Assembly (NCBI GenBank): GCA_964418975.1
Contig: CAYQNV010000068.1
Location: 3,254 to 67,253, forward strand
Length of the DNA: 64,000 bases
Reading direction: 5' to 3'
Source of the DNA: an uncultured bacterium
GTDB lineage: Bacteria > Eisenbacteria > RBG-16-71-46
This document shows, piece after piece, positions 21,998 to 31,223 of this stretch. A program made the translations under genes and the position numbers. The notes beneath the pieces are model-generated. The model made no database searches. It was given only the letters and a program-made list of their open reading frames with translations, and was not told the DNA's origin. The first letter of the stretch is position 1. Every line of letters begins with the position of its first letter.

Positions 21998-22867
21998 ATG
22001 ACGAACCGCACCGGACATTCTAGAGGGGTCAGCGGCAAGGGGCCAGTCGCTCCGCGAGCCCTCCGCTGGGCGCTGCCCCTGATCCTCGTCGCGTCGTCGT
22101 GGGCCGGCCCGCCACCCGGCCGCGGCGACGAGCCCGAACTGCCCGACAGTTCCAGTTTCACGCGTTCGAGTCCAGCGCTCGACACACTGCCGGCCGTTGC
22201 CCGGCCGTTCAAGGCCGGCGAATCGCTGCGTTTCTCGGTGCAGTACGGCTTCATCCACGCCGGCTCCGCCTGGCTCGAGGTGCCCGAGGTGAGCGACTGG
22301 AACGGTCATCCGTCCTGGCGGCTGGTGGCGCGCGCCGAGTCGAACAGCTTCTTCGACAAGATGTACAAGGTGCGCAATCGCATCGAGTCCCTGTGGGACC
22401 AGGAGTCCCGCTTCAGTTGGCGCTACTTCGAGGATCGCCACGAGGGGCGCTTCACGGCGAACGACACCATCGTGTTCGAGCCCGACTCGCTGCGCATGCG
22501 CTACAAGAACGGCCAGAGCTACCCGGTGCCGGGTCCGGTGCAGGACGCGCTGTCGTCGTTCTACATGACCCGATTCCAGGCACTCCCGCTCGGCGGGCTC
22601 ATCACGTTCGACTACCACGCCAGTCGCAAGACTGCGCCCATGGAGGTGCGGGTGCTGGGCCGCGAGCGGGTGAAGACGCCGGCAGGCCGGTTCGATTGCG
22701 TGGTGCTGGAGCCGCTCATCAAGGCGGGTGGCATCTTCAAGAACAAGGGCCGGCTCGTGATCTGGCTCACCGATGACGAGCGGAGGATGCCGGTGCTCAT
22801 GAAGAGCAAGGTCAAGATCGGCTCGGTGAAGGTGGTGTTGCAGGAAGTGAAGCTGGGAGACGGATGA
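21998..22867 (+). CDS. DUF3108 domain-containing exported protein
   Basis: Motifs GESLRFSVQYGFIHAGSA, QDALSSFY, VKTPAGRFDCVVLEP, IWLTDDERRMPV; signal-like ALPLILVASSWA. Start uncertain (21986, 21998 or later). Confidence 0.75.
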   Translation: MTNRTGHSRGVSGKGPVAPRALRWALPLILVASSWAGPPPGRGDEPELPDSSSFTRSSPALDTLPAVARPFKAGESLRFSVQYGFIHAGSAWLEVPEVSDWNGHPSWRLVARAESNSFFDKMYKVRNRIESLWDQESRFSWRYFEDRHEGRFTANDTIVFEPDSLRMRYKNGQSYPVPGPVQDALSSFYMTRFQALPLGGLITFDYHASRKTAPMEVRVLGRERVKTPAGRFDCVVLEPLIKAGGIFKNKGRLVIWLTDDERRMPVLMKSKVKIGSVKVVLQEVKLGDG

Positions 22868-23808
22868 GCCGCTACCGCGAGGCCGACCTGTCGCAGCTCA
22901 AGCGACTGCCGGTCGCCGACCGTCCCACGCGGGTGTCGGTGGCGGAGTTCGCGCGTCCGCTCGAGCCCGCGGCGGCCGCATCGCTACTCGCCTCGTTGCC
23001 CGACCTGCTCGCCGCGCGTTCGCTTCGCGAGGTGGTGGCGCGCACGGTGGCAGCGCATCGGGGCGGCCGACCGGTCGTGGTGTTGCTCGGCGGCCACGTC
23101 GTCAAGGTGGGAGTGGCGCCGTGCTTCATCGAGCTGCTCGAACGCGGGGTGATCACGCACGTGGCCATGAACGGCGCAGCCGCGATCCATGACGTGGAGA
23201 TCGCGCGCGTCGGCCGCACGTCGGAGGACGTCGAAGCGAACCTCGAGTCCGGGTCGTTCGGAATGGTGGACGAGACCGGATCGTTCATGAACCAGGTCGC
23301 GGTCGAGGCGGCGAGCGCGCGGCTGGGGCTGGGGGAGGCGTGGGGTTCCGCGCTCGAGGCCGAGCGCGCGCCGCACCGGGACGCGAGCCTGCTCGCGCGA
23401 GCCTGGCGCAGAGGCGTGCCCGCAACGGTGCACGTGGCGCTCGGGACCGATACCATCCACTATGACCCCGGCTGTGATGGGGCCGCGCTTGGGGACACCA
23501 CGCTCCGCGACTTCCGTATCCTGGCGGGCACGCTGGCCGAGGCCCGGGGGGCAGTGGTGCTGAATGTGGGCTCTGCCGTGCTCATGCCCGAGGTGTTCCT
23601 CAAGGCGCTGGCCGTGGCCCGGAACCTGGGCGCGGGGCTCGAAGAGCTGACCACGGTGAACATGGACCAGATCCAGCACTACCGGCCGCGGGTGAACGTG
23701 GTGGAGCGCCCCACGCGGGCGGCGGGGGCCAGGGGCTATTCCCTCACGGGACATCACGAGATCCTGGTGCCGCTCTTCTGTGGCGCGGTGCTTGCCGATT
23801 TGGCTTGA
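22864..23808 (+). CDS. Uncharacterised protein, deoxyhypusine-synthase-like (DHS-like) fold suspected
   Basis: Segments LGGHVVK, NGAAAIHDVE, TVHVALGTDTIH, VGSAVLMPEVF, GHHEILVPL map loosely onto DHS architecture. I could not see the DHS catalytic Lys motif. Confidence 0.55.
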   Translation: MSRYREADLSQLKRLPVADRPTRVSVAEFARPLEPAAAASLLASLPDLLAARSLREVVARTVAAHRGGRPVVVLLGGHVVKVGVAPCFIELLERGVITHVAMNGAAAIHDVEIARVGRTSEDVEANLESGSFGMVDETGSFMNQVAVEAASARLGLGEAWGSALEAERAPHRDASLLARAWRRGVPATVHVALGTDTIHYDPGCDGAALGDTTLRDFRILAGTLAEARGAVVLNVGSAVLMPEVFLKALAVARNLGAGLEELTTVNMDQIQHYRPRVNVVERPTRAAGARGYSLTGHHEILVPLFCGAVLADLA

Positions 23809-23862
23809 GTGCAGATTGCCCGACGCCGATACCGCCGAGGCGTCCCGGAAGGCAGTGGCCAG

Positions 23863-23891
23863 TTGACGCGGTCCGAACCTCCGGAGATAAT
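23863..23891 (+). promoter_or_regulatory. Near-consensus sigma70 promoter of the glycan export operon
   Basis: TTGACG (23863-23868), 17 nt, GATAAT (23886-23891); about 230 nt upstream of the OPX start. Confidence 0.7.
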
Positions 23892-24129
23892 CTTCTTCCC
23901 CTGACCACCTCCTATCCGGTGGTCCACGACCGCTGGCGGAGGATCTCCCGAGACGCGCGTTGCTACTCCATCGCGACATGTCCCGCAGTCCAGCAGGCCC
24001 TGTCGTCGAAGTGTGAGCCGGGCATCCACCCGGGGCTCGTGAGCGTCCAGACCGCCCAGACGCCGTCTTCCTGACGGCGCAGCGTTCGACGCTGCTTGCC
24101 CCGGTGGGCCCAAGAACCCGGGAGATCGT

Positions 24130-24873
24130 GTGAAGCTTCGAACGCTCGTGTTACTTGCCGTCCTGAGCCTCGCCCTGCCGGTCGAGGCCGCGGCCGATAC
24201 GCCGCTGACGTCCTCCGACACCACGGCCATGGACTGGAGCCGCGTGCCCGAGTACCGGATCGTCCCGGGGGACCGACTCCAGCTGGACTACGGTCGCCGC
24301 CTCGATGGCCTGTTGGACATGCGCGAGGTCCGTGTCCGGCCGGATGGCCGCATCACGGTGTTTCCCGCCGGCGACGTGATCGCCGCCGGACTCACGCCCA
24401 TGGAACTGCAGCGCAACATCGTGGCACTCTTGTCGGCGGACCTGAAGCTGCCTCGCGTGGTCGTGAACGTGAGTGAAGTCGCGGGCAACGTGGTGCATGT
24501 CGTGGGCCGCGTCGATAAGCCCGGCAGCTATCCGGCCGGACCGTTCGTCACCGTCATGCAGGCGGTCACCGCGGCGGGTGGCCTCAAGGACGACGCGGCG
24601 CGCAACAGCGTCGTGCTGTTCCACCGCGATGGCGCCCGCACCGTGTCCGTGTCACGCGTCCGGCTCGACCGCCTCCTCAAGGGCGATGACCTGGCGGACG
24701 TGGTGGTCGGGAGATTCGACATCATCTTCGTGCCGCGCTCGACACTTGGCAACCTGAACGTGTTCGCGCAGCAGTTCCTTGCCCCGGCGGGGAACCTGCT
24801 CTCTAGCTCCTTGCTGGGTTGGGAGCTATTCAACCTCGACCGCGTCTTCGTGACGCGCGTCATCCGGGAGTGA
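24130..24873 (+). CDS. Polysaccharide export (OPX/Wza-like) protein with Poly_export and SLBB domains
   Basis: Motifs EYRIVPGDRL, VRPDGRITVF...AAGLTPMEL, VHVVGRVDKPG, AVTAAGG; Sec signal peptide without a Cys lipobox. Confidence 0.9.
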   Translation: MKLRTLVLLAVLSLALPVEAAADTPLTSSDTTAMDWSRVPEYRIVPGDRLQLDYGRRLDGLLDMREVRVRPDGRITVFPAGDVIAAGLTPMELQRNIVALLSADLKLPRVVVNVSEVAGNVVHVVGRVDKPGSYPAGPFVTVMQAVTAAGGLKDDAARNSVVLFHRDGARTVSVSRVRLDRLLKGDDLADVVVGRFDIIFVPRSTLGNLNVFAQQFLAPAGNLLSSSLLGWELFNLDRVFVTRVIRE

Positions 24874-24886
24874 CGGAAAGCCCTGC

Positions 24887-26269
24887 ATGAGCCAGCCCAC
24901 CTCCGCACCTCCGCCCACCATCGTCCGGCAGGCCAGCGCTCGCGAATTCCTCGCGGTCCTGTTTCGCCGCAAGTGGATCATCCTGGGGCTGTTTCTCGTC
25001 ACCACGGCCACCGTGCTCGCCGTGGCCCTGACCACGCCCACCTACTACCTGTCGTCGGGCCGCATCCTCGTCAAGCGCGGTGAGCGGCAGAGCATCCTGC
25101 GCCCCGAACGCCAGGTCTTCAGCGACTGGGAGCAGGAGCTGGGCAGCGAGATGCTCATCATGCGAAGCGCGGCGGTCGTGAAGCGTGCGAGAGAGCTCCT
25201 GAACGCCGAGGCAAAGCGGCTCGGTCATGAGTTGAGCCTCGACCCCGCCGACATCGACGTCGAAGTGATGGGCAAGAGCAATGTGATTGCCCTGGGCTAC
25301 CGCAGCCTCGATCCCGTGCATGCGCAGGTCACCTGTCGCGCCGTGATGGACTCCTACATGGAGTACCGCCGCAGCCGCATGACGCTTGAGCACCCGCAGC
25401 AATTCCTCGAGAAGGAGATCGCCGAGATCGAGGCCAAAGTCCGTCGCCGGCTCGAGGAGCGCCGCGCGTTCACCGAGCAAACCGGCCTCGCGGCCCCGTG
25501 GGCGCAGGTGCAGAGCTGGCTGGCCCAGTCGAACCAGCTCGAACAGCGCCGCGGCGAGCTGGCCGCAGACCTCGCCGGTGCGCAGAGCGTGGCACAGGCG
25601 ATGCGCCGCATGCAGTTGGATCCCGCGATCGACCTGCCAACCTTTGACGGAGCCGACCTGTTCACGAACGAGTCGGCGCTGGTCTCGCTCAAGCAAAAAG
25701 TGCTGGAGCAGCAGACCAAGATCGCCATCATGACCGAGACGCTTCGCGATGACGCGCCCGAGGTGGTCGGCGCGCGCCAGACGCTGGACACGCTGTATGG
25801 ACTGCTCCGCCGGGAGGTGGACGCGCGCGTCCAACTCGCCGACTCGCGTACGAATCAGGTGCAATCCCGCCTCGCCGTGCTCGACCACGAGATCGCCACG
25901 CTCCGCCAGCAGCTGCTGGCTGCGCCGCAGAGCCTGACAAAGGTGGAAGAGATCGACAGCGACCTGTCGGCGCTACGCCTCCGGCTGCGCGAAGTCACCC
26001 TGGCGCGCGACCAAGCGCTCATCACGGCGAACACCATGCCCGACGTAAACGTGGTCGTGCTGGCGCCGGCCGGTCTCGCCACGGCCACGAACGAGTTGGA
26101 CGTCGTGCGCCTGGCGCTGGCGCCGGCTTTCAGTCTGCTCGTCGGCATCGCGATCGCGTTCTTCGTCGACGGACTGGACCTCACCGTGCGCACGGCGAAT
26201 CAGGCGGAGGAGTACCTCGACCTGCCCGTGCTCGCATCGCTGTCCGAGCGCCGCCGCCGCAACGGCTGA
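24887..26269 (+). CDS. Polysaccharide co-polymerase (Wzc/GumC-type, no kinase domain)
   Basis: Two TM segments flank a coiled-coil periplasmic domain; tail AEEYLDLPVLASL. Confidence 0.88.
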   Translation: MSQPTSAPPPTIVRQASAREFLAVLFRRKWIILGLFLVTTATVLAVALTTPTYYLSSGRILVKRGERQSILRPERQVFSDWEQELGSEMLIMRSAAVVKRARELLNAEAKRLGHELSLDPADIDVEVMGKSNVIALGYRSLDPVHAQVTCRAVMDSYMEYRRSRMTLEHPQQFLEKEIAEIEAKVRRRLEERRAFTEQTGLAAPWAQVQSWLAQSNQLEQRRGELAADLAGAQSVAQAMRRMQLDPAIDLPTFDGADLFTNESALVSLKQKVLEQQTKIAIMTETLRDDAPEVVGARQTLDTLYGLLRREVDARVQLADSRTNQVQSRLAVLDHEIATLRQQLLAAPQSLTKVEEIDSDLSALRLRLREVTLARDQALITANTMPDVNVVVLAPAGLATATNELDVVRLALAPAFSLLVGIAIAFFVDGLDLTVRTANQAEEYLDLPVLASLSERRRRNG

Positions 26270-26286
26270 TTCCGGGAAGGAATCCC

Positions 26287-27063
26287 ATGACCCGCATCTA
26301 TGACGCGCTCAAGAAGGCCGAGTCGAACCGGGAGCGGCTGGGCCTCGGCCCCGCGCCGCTCGGCGCGCCCCCGAGGCAGCCCCGGTCACCCGAGTGGGGC
26401 AACCCCTCCGTCGATGTGCCGCTCTCGCCGCTGCCGCTCCTCGGCGGCGTGGAGCTGGGCGAGGACGCCATCCGCGAAACCTCCGCGCTCCGCGTCAATC
26501 TCGAGAGCGCGCTCGCCGATCAGGTGCCGCGCTCGCTCATGTTCTTGAGCGCCCAGGCCGGCGAGGGCACGAGCACCGTGGCCTTGCAGTTCAGCCAGTC
26601 ACTCGCGCACACCGGTGCGCGCGTGTTGTTCGTGGACGCGCATGCGCGCCGACCCGTGTGCTTCGCGGACGAGACCCAACGCCACGCCGTGCTCGACACA
26701 CGCGTGGCCTCTCCGTCCATGACGGGCGTGATGACGCCCAACCTGTCGGCAATGCCCGCGACCGAGGATGCGGTGCGCGCCGGGAGCGTGCCGGCCGGAG
26801 TCATCCGCGCCGTCCTTCAGGCCGCGGTCGGCTCATTCGACTGGGTGATCCTCGACGGTCCTCCGGTCGTGGAGTCGCCGGACGCAGCATCGTTGGCGGC
26901 GCAGGTGGATGGCGTGATCCTGGTGCTGCATGCCGGACGCGCCAAGCGCCCGGTCGTGGCGCGCGCGGTGGAGATGCTGCGCAAGTCGGGCGGGCGCGTG
27001 CTCGGCACGGTGCTCAATCGCCGCGTCCACGAGATCCCGGGGTTCATCTACCGACGCATCTAG
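26287..27063 (+). CDS. CpsD/CapB-family BY-kinase homologue with degenerate active site
   Basis: Walker A is SAQAGEGTST (Lys replaced by Thr), Walker A' is FVDAH (second Asp replaced by His), Walker B ILDGPP is intact; VDGVILV and GTVLNR present. Confidence 0.88.
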   Translation: MTRIYDALKKAESNRERLGLGPAPLGAPPRQPRSPEWGNPSVDVPLSPLPLLGGVELGEDAIRETSALRVNLESALADQVPRSLMFLSAQAGEGTSTVALQFSQSLAHTGARVLFVDAHARRPVCFADETQRHAVLDTRVASPSMTGVMTPNLSAMPATEDAVRAGSVPAGVIRAVLQAAVGSFDWVILDGPPVVESPDAASLAAQVDGVILVLHAGRAKRPVVARAVEMLRKSGGRVLGTVLNRRVHEIPGFIYRRI

Positions 27064-27154
27064 AGGGCGCCATTTCCATGTGCCGGACAAGCGAGGCCAT
27101 CTCCCCGACGCCGTGGCCGGCGCGCTCCTCGCTCCGGTCCACCCGGGGGGGCGC

Positions 27155-28462
27155 GTGAACGCCGCCCCGAGCGAGCTTCCGGAGCCCGTGGACCGGTTCA
27201 CTCCGGGCACGGGCTCCGGCCTTTCGGCCACCTGGAGGCCGGTGCTGGAGTTGGTGCTCGGCTGGACCGGGGAGGGGCTGGATTCACTCCTGCTCTCGGG
27301 CAGCCACGCCACCGGTGAGGCGGTGTGGGTGGAGTTCGAGGGCCGCGTGGTGTCGCTCTCCGACCTCGATCTCTACGCCGTGATGCGCGACGACGCCGCC
27401 GTGTCCGCCGCGCTCCGTGCGCGCGAGTCGACGCCAGCTGCGACCTGCGCCGAGGCCGCGCGGCGCGCGGGGCTCGCCGGACCGCTCGAAGTGGCGTTCG
27501 TGACGCGTGCGGGACTGGCACGCATGCCGGCCCGACCGGGAACGGTGGAACTGGTGCGGTCGGGACGCGTTCTCTTGGGAGACGAGGGAGTGCTCGAGCG
27601 GCTGCCGCGCTGGCAGCCGGCCGGCATCGGCGTCGAGGAACGGTTGCTGCTTCTCGAGAACCGCGCATTCGAACTGCTCTGGGCATGGCACGCGCTCGGA
27701 CACGGGCTCCAAGGTCTGCGCGCCCAGCACGTGATCCTCAAATCCGCGCTGGACCTTGCCGCGGCGCGCACGCTGGCCCACGGCGAGCTGCCGGCGCGGG
27801 CAGCGGACCGCGTGGCACTCGCGCGCTCGCTCGGCGCGCCGACGAGCCTGCCATCGTGGCTCTCCGGCGCCTGGGAGGGACTGGATCCGCTCTGGTCCGC
27901 GGCCCTGGCCTGGCGCTCCGGTCGCGCCGAGGAAGTGCGGGAGGAGCACGCCAGCCACGCGTGGCGAGCCGCCGGGCGGGCCTGGTGCGCGGCGTGGTGG
28001 GTGGAACAGGAAGCACCGGGAGTGAGCGCGGATCCCTGGGAGCGCGCGCTCGCCTCAGCCGCGCGCGGTTCGCTGCTCCGTCGACTGCGTCGCTCGCTCC
28101 GCCCCGTGCCGCGTGCGGGCGAGGCCGGGGCCTCGCGGGCCGACCTGACGCTCGCTTCGGCTGCGGGCTTGGCGCGCAGCGTGCTCCCGCGCCCACTCCT
28201 CGATCTGCTTGACCGCGTTAGCCACGCGTGGGCCGGCACGCCGCGGCTGCGTGTCCACGGCACCGCGGTGGTGCTCCTGCTCGCGGCCGCCCAATCCCCG
28301 GGCGATCCCGTGCTGCCCGCGGGGGCTCTGCGGGCGCTTCGCCGCCTGGGCGTCACCCGGGAGCCACAATTCGGCCAGGCGAGCCGCGTCGCAGTCACCG
28401 CCTGGGGCCGTGCGATCGCGCCACTCCCGTCGGAGCAGGGCTCGATCCAGGGGTCCGGGTGA
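27155..28462 (+). CDS. Uncharacterised protein with a Pol-beta-like nucleotidyltransferase motif
   Basis: LLLSGSHATGE...SDLDLYAV plus LEVAFV, then a helical C-terminal part. Start GTG 27155 (27080 possible). Confidence 0.55.
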   Translation: MNAAPSELPEPVDRFTPGTGSGLSATWRPVLELVLGWTGEGLDSLLLSGSHATGEAVWVEFEGRVVSLSDLDLYAVMRDDAAVSAALRARESTPAATCAEAARRAGLAGPLEVAFVTRAGLARMPARPGTVELVRSGRVLLGDEGVLERLPRWQPAGIGVEERLLLLENRAFELLWAWHALGHGLQGLRAQHVILKSALDLAAARTLAHGELPARAADRVALARSLGAPTSLPSWLSGAWEGLDPLWSAALAWRSGRAEEVREEHASHAWRAAGRAWCAAWWVEQEAPGVSADPWERALASAARGSLLRRLRRSLRPVPRAGEAGASRADLTLASAAGLARSVLPRPLLDLLDRVSHAWAGTPRLRVHGTAVVLLLAAAQSPGDPVLPAGALRALRRLGVTREPQFGQASRVAVTAWGRAIAPLPSEQGSIQGSG

Positions 28463-29625
28463 AGCCGGTCATGGTGGTGGTGCTCGTTGACGCGCTGGGT
28501 TGGACGCTCGCCGGGACCGACGCCCGCTTCGCGCCCGGGCTCACGCAGCGCCGGCCACTCGCCACGATCCTGGGCTTCAGCTCCGGCGCGCTGCCCACGG
28601 CGTTCACCGGCCGACTGCCGCGCGAGCACGGCCGGTGGCTCATGTACCACCGCGCGGCTGCCGACGGCGTGTTCCGGGGGTTCGAATGGCTGCGACTGCT
28701 GCCCGCCCGGCTGCGCCGCAGCTGGCGACTGTCGCGCTGGCTCACCGCCCAGGTCGCGCGACGTGGCGTGCGCGGTTACTTCAACCTGTACGAGGTCCCG
28801 CGTGAAGAACTAGCGGAGTTCGACCTGCCGGAGCGTGCCGACATCTTCGCACCGGGAGGACTGCCGGCGGACTCGCTGTGGGACGCGCTGGAGCGTCGCG
28901 GGGTCCCCTGGCGCGGCTGGAACTGGCGGACGCCGGAGGATGCGGCGCGCGCCGAATGCCTCGCCCGCCTCGAGGGCGGCCGCGAGGACTTCCTGTTCAT
29001 CTACTCGGCGTTGCTCGACGCGCGCCTGCACCGCGAGGGCTCGCGGGGTGCCGGCGTGCGACGTTGCCTCGACGGTTGGTCGGCGTGGTTCGACCTGGCG
29101 CACGCCGCGGCCGCACGTGCCGATCGCGACGCGTGGCTCTACCTGTGCTCGGACCACGGCATGGTGGATGTGGATGGTACCGTGGACGTGATGGGCCGGC
29201 TCGCCGCGCTGCCCTGGCGGCGGGGCCGCGACTACCTGGCGTTCTTCGATTCCACCATGGCGCGCTTCTGGTGGCGCACGCCGGCCGCGCGCGACGCCGT
29301 GCGGGCAGCGCTCGCCATGGAGCCCGCGGGCCGCTGGCTCGCGCCGGAGGAGCTGGCCCGCGAAGGCGCCGACTTCGCGGACCAGCGCTATGGGGCAGAC
29401 ATCTTCCTGCTCCGGCCCGGGGCGCTGCTGCTACCGTCGTTCATGGGTCGCACGCCGGTCGCGGCCATGCACGGCTACGACCCCGGCCATCCCGATATGG
29501 CGGGCGTGCTGGCCAGCAATCGCCCGCTGCCGCAGGACGTGACGCACCTCGCGCACCTGCGCGGTTACCTCGAGCGCGAGCTGGATGCGCTTCAGGCCGC
29601 CGCCACTCGGCCGGGGGCCGTATGA
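28459..29625 (+). CDS. Alkaline phosphatase superfamily (NPP/phosphodiesterase-like) protein
   Basis: Metal-ligand motifs VDALGW, GFSSGALPT, LDARLH, SDHGM, MHGYD; no signal peptide seen. Confidence 0.85.
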   Translation: MKPVMVVVLVDALGWTLAGTDARFAPGLTQRRPLATILGFSSGALPTAFTGRLPREHGRWLMYHRAAADGVFRGFEWLRLLPARLRRSWRLSRWLTAQVARRGVRGYFNLYEVPREELAEFDLPERADIFAPGGLPADSLWDALERRGVPWRGWNWRTPEDAARAECLARLEGGREDFLFIYSALLDARLHREGSRGAGVRRCLDGWSAWFDLAHAAAARADRDAWLYLCSDHGMVDVDGTVDVMGRLAALPWRRGRDYLAFFDSTMARFWWRTPAARDAVRAALAMEPAGRWLAPEELAREGADFADQRYGADIFLLRPGALLLPSFMGRTPVAAMHGYDPGHPDMAGVLASNRPLPQDVTHLAHLRGYLERELDALQAAATRPGAV

Positions 29626-31223
29626 AGCGCGGCGAGATCGCCCAGAACGTCTCGCGGGGCGCTTTCTTCCTCGCGGTGGAGAAGACCGCGGCGCTCGTTT
29701 CGGGCATGATGTACTTCGCGCTCATGCTGCGCTGGCTCGGTCCCACGAACTACGGCATGCTCACGCTGGCGCTGGCCATCACCGGGCTCGCCAGCATCTC
29801 CACCGGCAACCTGGAAGTGTTCCTCGAGCGTTTCGCGGCCGAGTACCAGGCTCGCCGCCGGTTCGACCTGCTCTACCGCGCGCACGCGCTCGCCGTCGGC
29901 ATCAAGTTCGCGCTCGGGGTGCTGGCCAGCCTCGCCCTGCTGGCGCTCGCGCCGAGCCTCGCGACGCAGTTCGACATGCCCCAGATCGCGGTCCTCGTGC
30001 CCATCCTCGCGGTCATGGTGGCCACCGACGGGCTCGCTACCACCGGACGCTCGCTGCTGTTCGGCATGCAGCGCTACGAGTGGGTGAGCGGTCTTTCGAT
30101 TGCATTTCACCTCGGCAAGACGGTGATGGTGGGCGTGCTGTGGTGGGCGCAGCAGGGGCTCGTATCACTCGCCATCGGCCTGGCCGCGTTAGCCGTGCTC
30201 CAGGCCCTGCTGTTCTCGCTCGCCGCGTGGGTATTGGCCCGCCGTACCGCGGCGATGCCGAGCAGCGGCGAGAACACCGAGCTTCCCGGGGAGCGCGATG
30301 GTCGTTCCCTGCTGTCGCAGATGCTCGGCTACTGCCTGCCGCTGCTGGGAGCGCGGGCGGCGTTCCTGTCCGGGCAGAACCTCGGCAAGGTGCTGCTGGC
30401 CAAGGTGCTGGACGCCACCCAGCTCGGCTACTTCACGTTCGCGTTCCAGACCATCGAGCGCTTCGTGGAGCTGGTCTACACACTGCCCTCGTCGCTGCTG
30501 CCCTCGCTCACCCACCTGGTGGCGCGCGAGGAGCGCGAGCGGCTGGGCTACGTGTTCGAGCAGGCGTTCCGGCTCGTGCAGCTGGCGGCCTGCGTTGTGG
30601 CGTGGGTGCTGTTCGCGTTCGCCCCCGAGCTCACGCTGTGGGTCGGGAGCCCGCTGTTCCTGCCCTCGATCGGCATGCTGCACGTGCTGGCGCTGGTGCC
30701 CATCGCGCGCACGGCCCAGCAGCCACTCACCATGCTGTTCCAGGCGACGCGCCGGCCCAGCATCGTGCTCACGCTCGCCATGCTCAAGCTGGGTGTGGAG
30801 CTCGCCTGCTACGTGGCCATCGTGCCGCGCCTCGGCGGCATGGGCGCAGCCTGGGCGAACCTGGCGGGAGCGGTCGCCTCGTACCTCGTGGCGCTCGCGT
30901 TCGCGGCGACGATCCTGCCCGAGACGGCCGCGCAGCGCGCCGGCGTGCTGGCGCGCGCGCTCGCGGTGACCGCGCCCATGCTGCTGCTCACCTGGCTGCT
31001 GCTCACGCCGGACGGGCCCGTCCTCCTATCGTTCGTGGCACGCGCGCTGCTCGTGCTGCCGGCCGTTGTCGCGATCTTCGCGCTTCGGCTGATCACCCGC
31101 TACGATCTGGAGAAGTTGACGGGCCTCAATCTTCGGGCGCCCCTCGCGCGTCGGCTGCGCGACATCGTCGTGCGCGTGGCCGACCCGCTGGCCCGCGTGT
31201 TCGAGCCCCGGAGGACCGCATGA
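29622..31223 (+). CDS. Wzx-like oligosaccharide flippase
   Basis: About 12-14 hydrophobic segments; LGPTNYGML, LDATQLGYF, LLPSLT, GGMGAAWA. Confidence 0.85.
   Translation: MKRGEIAQNVSRGAFFLAVEKTAALVSGMMYFALMLRWLGPTNYGMLTLALAITGLASISTGNLEVFLERFAAEYQARRRFDLLYRAHALAVGIKFALGVLASLALLALAPSLATQFDMPQIAVLVPILAVMVATDGLATTGRSLLFGMQRYEWVSGLSIAFHLGKTVMVGVLWWAQQGLVSLAIGLAALAVLQALLFSLAAWVLARRTAAMPSSGENTELPGERDGRSLLSQMLGYCLPLLGARAAFLSGQNLGKVLLAKVLDATQLGYFTFAFQTIERFVELVYTLPSSLLPSLTHLVAREERERLGYVFEQAFRLVQLAACVVAWVLFAFAPELTLWVGSPLFLPSIGMLHVLALVPIARTAQQPLTMLFQATRRPSIVLTLAMLKLGVELACYVAIVPRLGGMGAAWANLAGAVASYLVALAFAATILPETAAQRAGVLARALAVTAPMLLLTWLLLTPDGPVLLSFVARALLVLPAVVAIFALRLITRYDLEKLTGLNLRAPLARRLRDIVVRVADPLARVFEPRRTA

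Noticed and set aside
23805-24074. 89-aa ORF in the OPX leader
   Set aside because: It spans a near-consensus promoter, has no SD or motif, and shows atypical codon use; more likely non-coding.
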